DNA of 64,000 nt from contig NC_043002.1 in the NCBI RefSeq assembly GCF_006345805.1, positions 102,176,001-102,240,000 on the forward strand, in the 5' to 3' direction. Source of the stretch: Octopus sinensis. Taxonomy: Eukaryota. The notes under the pieces are model-generated. The model did not search any database. It saw only the letters and a program-made list of their open reading frames with translations, and was not told the origin of the DNA. The position numbers were made by a program, and so were the translations under genes. Below are positions 57,979-64,000 of the stretch, one piece after another; within the stretch, counting starts at the first letter, position 1, and each line of letters opens with the position of its first letter.

Positions 57979-58381
57979 TAATACACACAAGCGTGTGTGC
58001 GTGTATGTGTTGGAATGAAATACAAACTGTAGTTTCAGACATATCTCCGATCAGATTATAGCGATCATCAGCGGCCATAAATGAATGATAGCAACAGAAA
58101 AACAGAAGTGGAATCATGGACAGGTGAAACAAGGAAGCTAATTACTTGTCAACACACCTATCTCTCTATCTTTCTATCCATCCATCTATCTATTTTCTAA
58201 ATATCACGCATGCACAAATACACACACACACAAGTGTGTGTGTGTGTGTGTATTAATATATATATAGTAACAAACATATGTATATAGTCATACATGTATG
58301 TGCAAGTGTGTGTGTATTCATAAGTACTAAAATAACTTTCAGCTTGAATCTGCCTAGACCATGTTTAGCGTAATAGCACAC

Positions 58382-58445
58382 CTGGTGGTAAAACTTTATC
58401 GGAAACGCATGGGTTCCTACAACGGTAACAGACCCTGGGGTGCGC
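58382..58445 (-). other. Candidate 64-nt exon
   Basis: Acceptor CCTGTTTTCGCCCAG, donor CAG|GTGTGC; GC-richer island between microsatellites; an overlapping plus-strand reading (58343-58459, CAG|GTATGT) is an alternative. Confidence 0.25.
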
Positions 58446-58515
58446 CTGGGCGAAAACAGGTATGTATATATCAATGCATATGTATATAATCATACATACA
58501 TACACACACACACAG

Positions 58516-58750
58516 ATATATATATATATGTATGTATGTATGTATATGTATGTATGTATATATATATATATATGTATGTATATGTATGTATGTAAATGTA
58601 TGTATGTATATGTATGTATGTATGCATATATATATATGTATGTATGCATATATATATATGTATGTATGCATATATGTATGTATGTATATATATATATGTA
58701 AGTATGTATATATATATGTATGTATGTATGTATATGTATGTATGTATATG

Positions 58751-58789
<39 letters not shown>

Positions 58790-58802
58790 GTATGTATGCA
58801 TA

Positions 58803-58836
<34 letters not shown>

Positions 58837-58840
58837 CATA

Positions 58841-58874
<34 letters not shown>

Positions 58875-59273
58875 CATATATATATATATGTATGTATGTA
58901 TGTATGTATGCATATATATATGTATGTATGTATGTATGTATGCATATATATATATGTATGTATGTATGTATGTATGCATATATATATATGTATGTATGTA
59001 TGTATGTATGCATATATATATATGTATGTATGTATGTATGTATGCATATATATATATGTATGTATGTATGCATATATATATATGTATGTATGTATGTATG
59101 CATATATATATATGTATATGTATGTATGTATGTATGCATATATGTATATGTATGTATGTATGTATGCATATATGTATATGTATGTATGTATGTATGCATA
59201 TATATATATGTATATATATGTATGTATATATGTATGTATGTATGTATGTATATATGTACGTATGTATGTATGC

Positions 59274-59305
<32 letters not shown>

Positions 59306-59523
59306 GTATATATGTATGCATCTATGTATGTATATGTATGTATATATATATATGTATATGTATGTATATATATATATGTATGTATGTATGTATATATATA
59401 TATGTATATGTATGTATGTATATATATATGAATGTATGTATGTATATATATATGAATGTATGTATGTATATATATATATGAATGTATGTATATATATATA
59501 TATGAATGTATGTATATATATAT
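58516..59523. repeat. ~1-kb compound (TATG)n/(TA)n satellite with higher-order units
   Basis: Recurrent (TATG)k-CA-(TA)m units. Confidence 0.95.
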
Positions 59524-59526
59524 TTA

Positions 59527-59779
59527 CAGGACCAGTACCGCGTTGTGTTCTTGAGCAAGACACTTTATTTCAAGTTGCTCCAGTTTACTCAGCTGTAGAA
59601 ATGAGTTGCGACGTCACAGGTCTCAAGTTGTATCACCCTTTACCTTTCCCTTGGATAATATTGGTGACGTGGAGAGTGGAGGCTGGCATGTATGGGCGAC
59701 TGCTGGTCTTTCATCAACAACCTTGCCCGGACTTCTGCCTGGAAGGGTAACTTTCTAGATGCAATCCCATGGTCAGTCA
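59527..59779 (+). mobile_element. 5'-truncated SINE remnant
   Basis: TTCTTGAGCAAGACACTTTATTTCA..GCTCCAG..ACTCAGCTGTAGAAATGAG core-like segment. Confidence 0.55.
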
Positions 59780-60044
59780 TTTATTTGTTAGAGACTTCAT
59801 TCCGTCAGTGTAGATCAGTTATTTTCATCAAATAACAAGATGTACGTCTGTCTCAGATATTACGCATATAACCTATGTACCTATTCATCTGTATGTTGAT
59901 CTGTTTATTTTCATACCCATATGCTTACATACAGGTGCGTATACACATATATACACACACGCACACATACATCTATCTACATAACAGTCCATTAACTATT
60001 CTACTCTACCTGTGTAAACTTTAGGTATGGAGGTATGCTTTCTA

Positions 60045-60620
60045 CTTTGTATATTTCCTATTTAGTATTGGGGAAATTTCATTTAAAAGGACGTACTCGC
60101 GTATTTCTATGGGCGTTGGGTCTTTTGGGTGCTTGGATAAGATGCGGATGTCAAGTTGACCCAAGTTGCCTCCATGTTGGTCTTTGGCATGCTGGTAGCG
60201 TATGAAGGACTGCTTTTTGTCGTCCGTATTGTCTCAAATGTTAATTTATTCGTTCCGCAATGCTCCTAGATGCCACCCCTATGTATGTCATGTTCATGTC
60301 TTTACAAGCACATTCTATGCATCTTATGCTGTGGACTACATTTCTAGTTCTACAGTTAATGACAGGGCTAATCCTATATACCATGCAGTTATCATTGGTG
60401 CATATGGTATTCTTAAAGGTGTACGTCCTACGTAGTTGTGATCTGACGGAGTTCCCTGGCTTTTCAACAATCTTAATGTTGGGTTTGGTCTCCGTCATAG
60501 CTTTTCTAAATCTACGGGCTAGTTTTCCATGGGCTGTGGCCTCTACAAACATCACTCCATGATATTTGTTGGTTTTTATACCAGTTATTCGCTATGTTTG
60601 CTTTGTCAAAAGTTCTTTGT
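60045..60620 (-). mobile_element. Penelope-like element remnant (GIY-YIG endonuclease)
   Basis: KIVEKPGNSVRSQL..C....C..NCRTRNVVHSIRCIEC..YIGVASRSIAERIN, followed by H..H..ILSKHPKD..PILNRK in a shifted frame. Confidence 0.8.
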
Positions 60621-61659
60621 ATTCTATTCTATTCTTTGTTTTTATATCTAGGGCAGGTACCACTGGTAATATATATAATTCCATACATGCAAACACGGTA
60701 CATAGTTGCAAAAACACACACACACACACACACAGACATGCACACACAAGGAGACAGACGCGCATACATATACAAACACACACACGCACACATACATATG
60801 CATAAAAAAAAACACAAACACGGACATGCAAGCACATGAATATGCAGAATACATACAGATGTACACACATACATAGAGGTATACATATGCATACACACAC
60901 ATATATACATACACACACATGCATACATATATGCATGCATACATAGGCACAAACACACACACACTGACCCACGCACAAGCGCAAGAAGTAATAAAAAGTA
61001 ACGCAGTGTAAATAACGGACAGTCAAGACAATTGAAAAGTTTGCAAGATACAACGAAAATTTTAGGAAAATAAAAATTAAAAAAGTGGAAATTTTACCGG
61101 TGAGTGTATTAAATTATAAAGCATAAAAAGAAAATGACTCTCCCTAGACACAACAGAATATGCTTCAAAACACGAATTCACAAAACAAATATTGCAAATC
61201 AAATCTCAAAGCGATAGAAATTTCTAAAAAATCCTTTATTACCGTATTGGTCCCAATTTCGGGGTTAATTCCTAAGAAGTTTCCCCTCTTCAGCGATAAA
61301 TACGTGGGATATAAGTGAAATACTTACTCATACCCATGGAAAAAGCAAGCACTAAGTCCTGAGCAGACATAATAATAACGGATTTTTAAGAAATCTCTAT
61401 CGGTTTGTTTCGAGACGCATAATTTATAATGGTTATTGACAATTTTTGTCTTTTTTTCTGAATATTTGGCATTAGAATTTTTCTTTAGCCCTTATTTTGT
61501 AAAGATATATATATATACACATATTCCTTGTTCCCCTTCTTTCTCTCTTCATCTGTCCCTCTTTTCCTCTCTCTTTCCCTCGTGTAACTAGCCACCGATT
61601 GCTAGCCTCTTCGTGGCCAGCAGCCGTTGCGGCAAGACACACAATTTTGTCTCTCTGTA

Positions 61660-62040
61660 GCCCTAAGACTTTCTTTTAACGCCAGCTCAAAAATTTACTC
61701 GTCATGTCGAAAAGACGCTTATCTGTGACGTCCTATTTTTGTTGTTATTATTATTATCATTATTGTTTTTACGTATTTTTGTATTTTTTATTCGTGTAAC
61801 ATCGTCCGTTTTTCCGTCCTTGATTTGTATACATTCGAGGCTTTCTTCCAAGGAATCTAATGCGCTTGGCTTAGATTTTCCTTTGGGGCTGGTCAGATCG
61901 GAGCAATCTCAAGATTAATCAGCCGAAATTGCGAAGATGATCCGGTTCTTGACTGAAGATTGAAGGCTTCGAATGTTCCGTTCGTGTTTTTTGTATCGTC
62001 TTCTAAATGTTTTACGTTCTTGTCCCAGTTGTATTTTTTT
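61660..62040 (-). repeat. Dispersed repeat, related to 45420-45735
   Basis: Shared blocks as listed for 45420-45735. Confidence 0.55.
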
Positions 62041-62046
62041 ACATTT

Positions 62047-62093
<47 letters not shown>

Positions 62094-62915
62094 ATATAAT
62101 GCTGTGGGGTCTATTTGCTCGCGCATAGTCATAGACACACACGATCACACAAACACACACACTCACACATATATATATATTCGCAAGTTTACCAAACTTT
62201 TGCTCGTGATAAAGTCTATATCACGAAAGGTATTCTAATGTAATTAACACCTTCGACTGAATTCCTGGCAATTGTATCTCAGCCTTATATATAAAAACAA
62301 AATTTCAAGCAATATCTACTAAATACAATGTTCAGTATGTGTTTATTTGTTAGAGATTTCATTCCGTCAGTGTAGATCAGTTATTTTCATCAAATAACAA
62401 GATGTACGTCTGTCTCTCATCTCTCCATTCTCCACGTGCGTTACACATTTCAATACGAGGACATATCAACTAGCTCGACATTGATATTGATAGCAATGAC
62501 AGCAACCCTCGAAGAATGCACTTCACTCATACATCTGTCACAACATGACTGTTAAACACTGTCAAAATGATTGAATCTCTTGGCCACCAAGTGAGCAAGC
62601 AAGCAGCAAGTCGCTGCCTCTATTGTGGCTGTCTTGTCAACAAGATATTTTGATCGAAGTCGGTGATGGAGTGGTCTACATAGGTTTTGCAGCTATTTAA
62701 TGTTCATGCTGAGAGAAAAATATATCTGAATAGCACACACACTCATATTACAAATGTGCATTTATGTACATACGTATATATACGCATAAATATGTATTTG
62801 TACTTTTATATCTATCTATACACACACAGACACACAGGTATATATATATATATTGATAGTAGGATAGATATGTGTGCATGACTGTGTATATTTAGGTATA
62901 TAAATATAAATATGC

Positions 62916-62950
<35 letters not shown>

Positions 62951-63068
62951 TAAATAAATAAATGGAGTTTAACGCAGGTGTAAATCAAATATTTTTACTT
63001 TCGACGCATGTTTCGAAAATTCCACTGATACACTCATCTATATATATAAACACATATAAGCACATACA

Positions 63069-63117
<49 letters not shown>

Positions 63118-63427
63118 GTATATATATGTATAAATATGTACGTGTGTGTGTACAATTTTACACGCAAGAAGACATCTTCAGAGATTCATAGTTTTGCATA
63201 CACACATATGCATTAGTTAATTTGTTTCAATGCATTCGTAGTTTATATAGAGTTAACAAAACAATTTCAAATATCTTCGTAAGGTCGTAATACATTGCTC
63301 TTAAAAAGGTTACACTGGTACAAGATTTTCAATGCATCTTTATTCCCCTCCATACTTGAAATGTACTGGCATATGCATGCGTATTTATAGGTGACCTATA
63401 AAATTTCATTCGTGCTATATATATATA

Positions 63428-63465
<38 letters not shown>

Positions 63466-63740
63466 GTTCGCTTTATAACGAAGCCTATTAGAAGTACCCA
63501 TTGTGGATTTTGTAATCGATGCATTCGAAAGAAAAGAACTGATTTCATAAAAGATAAATTTCATTTATTTCAAGGCATTTTACGTTGTCTTATTGCAATA
63601 ATAATCGTCTTATTTACGATTGAAACATGTTCTATATTTTGATAATAATTTAAATATCTTCTTCCTTTTATTGAGGATAGAGTTCTCAGAGTATATTCTT
63701 AGTTTCGTTTCTCAATACACGCATATAGTCATACATATAT

Positions 63741-63828
<88 letters not shown>

Positions 63829-64000
63829 GTCTCTATATATACATGCGTATGCTAATATCGAACGGTGAGTATGTGCGCTCAATAACTCATTCGTGTAACC
63901 CTGTGTATTCTTAGCCAAAATCGAAACGAATCCCATATGACACGGTTAAACAATTGGGAGCATCCCTTCACAAGAAACCGTTGGTTGCCTTCTGAACTTA

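Noticed and set aside
58365-59750. Long ORFs of 240-380 aa (MYVC/HTYI repeats), and similar ones near 32740-33219 and 60566-61053
   Set aside because: Translations of TA/TATG/CA microsatellites.

Overview
AT-rich, microsatellite- and SINE-rich invertebrate DNA; the repeat landscape looks like an octopus/cephalopod genome (inferred from recalled repeat families, not checked). No complete host gene is recognisable. Bases 1-24500 are a head-to-tail stack of eight same-orientation Tx1-type (L1-clade) non-LTR retrotransposon copies from two subfamilies (A: 2 copies, B: 6 copies). The copies are variably 5'-truncated, end at a fixed AATAAA-containing 3' terminus with no poly(A), and are separated only by (TATC)n tracts. 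Two B copies are near full length (ORF1 with a CCHC knuckle; ORF2 with APE endonuclease, RT and a C-terminal CCHC finger), and their frameshifts are complementary. The rest of the window holds a second microsatellite-anchored stack (R4/Dong-like elements in (TAA)n), CR1/L2-like, RLE and Penelope remnants, tRNA-derived SINEs, Helitron-like and hAT non-autonomous elements, three inverted-repeat structures (one with a hammerhead-like core), and a few candidate exons. Top leads: a (TATC/GATA)n-targeting Tx1 family with a covarying structured 3' UTR, and a SINE whose 3' tail matches that Tx1 terminus.
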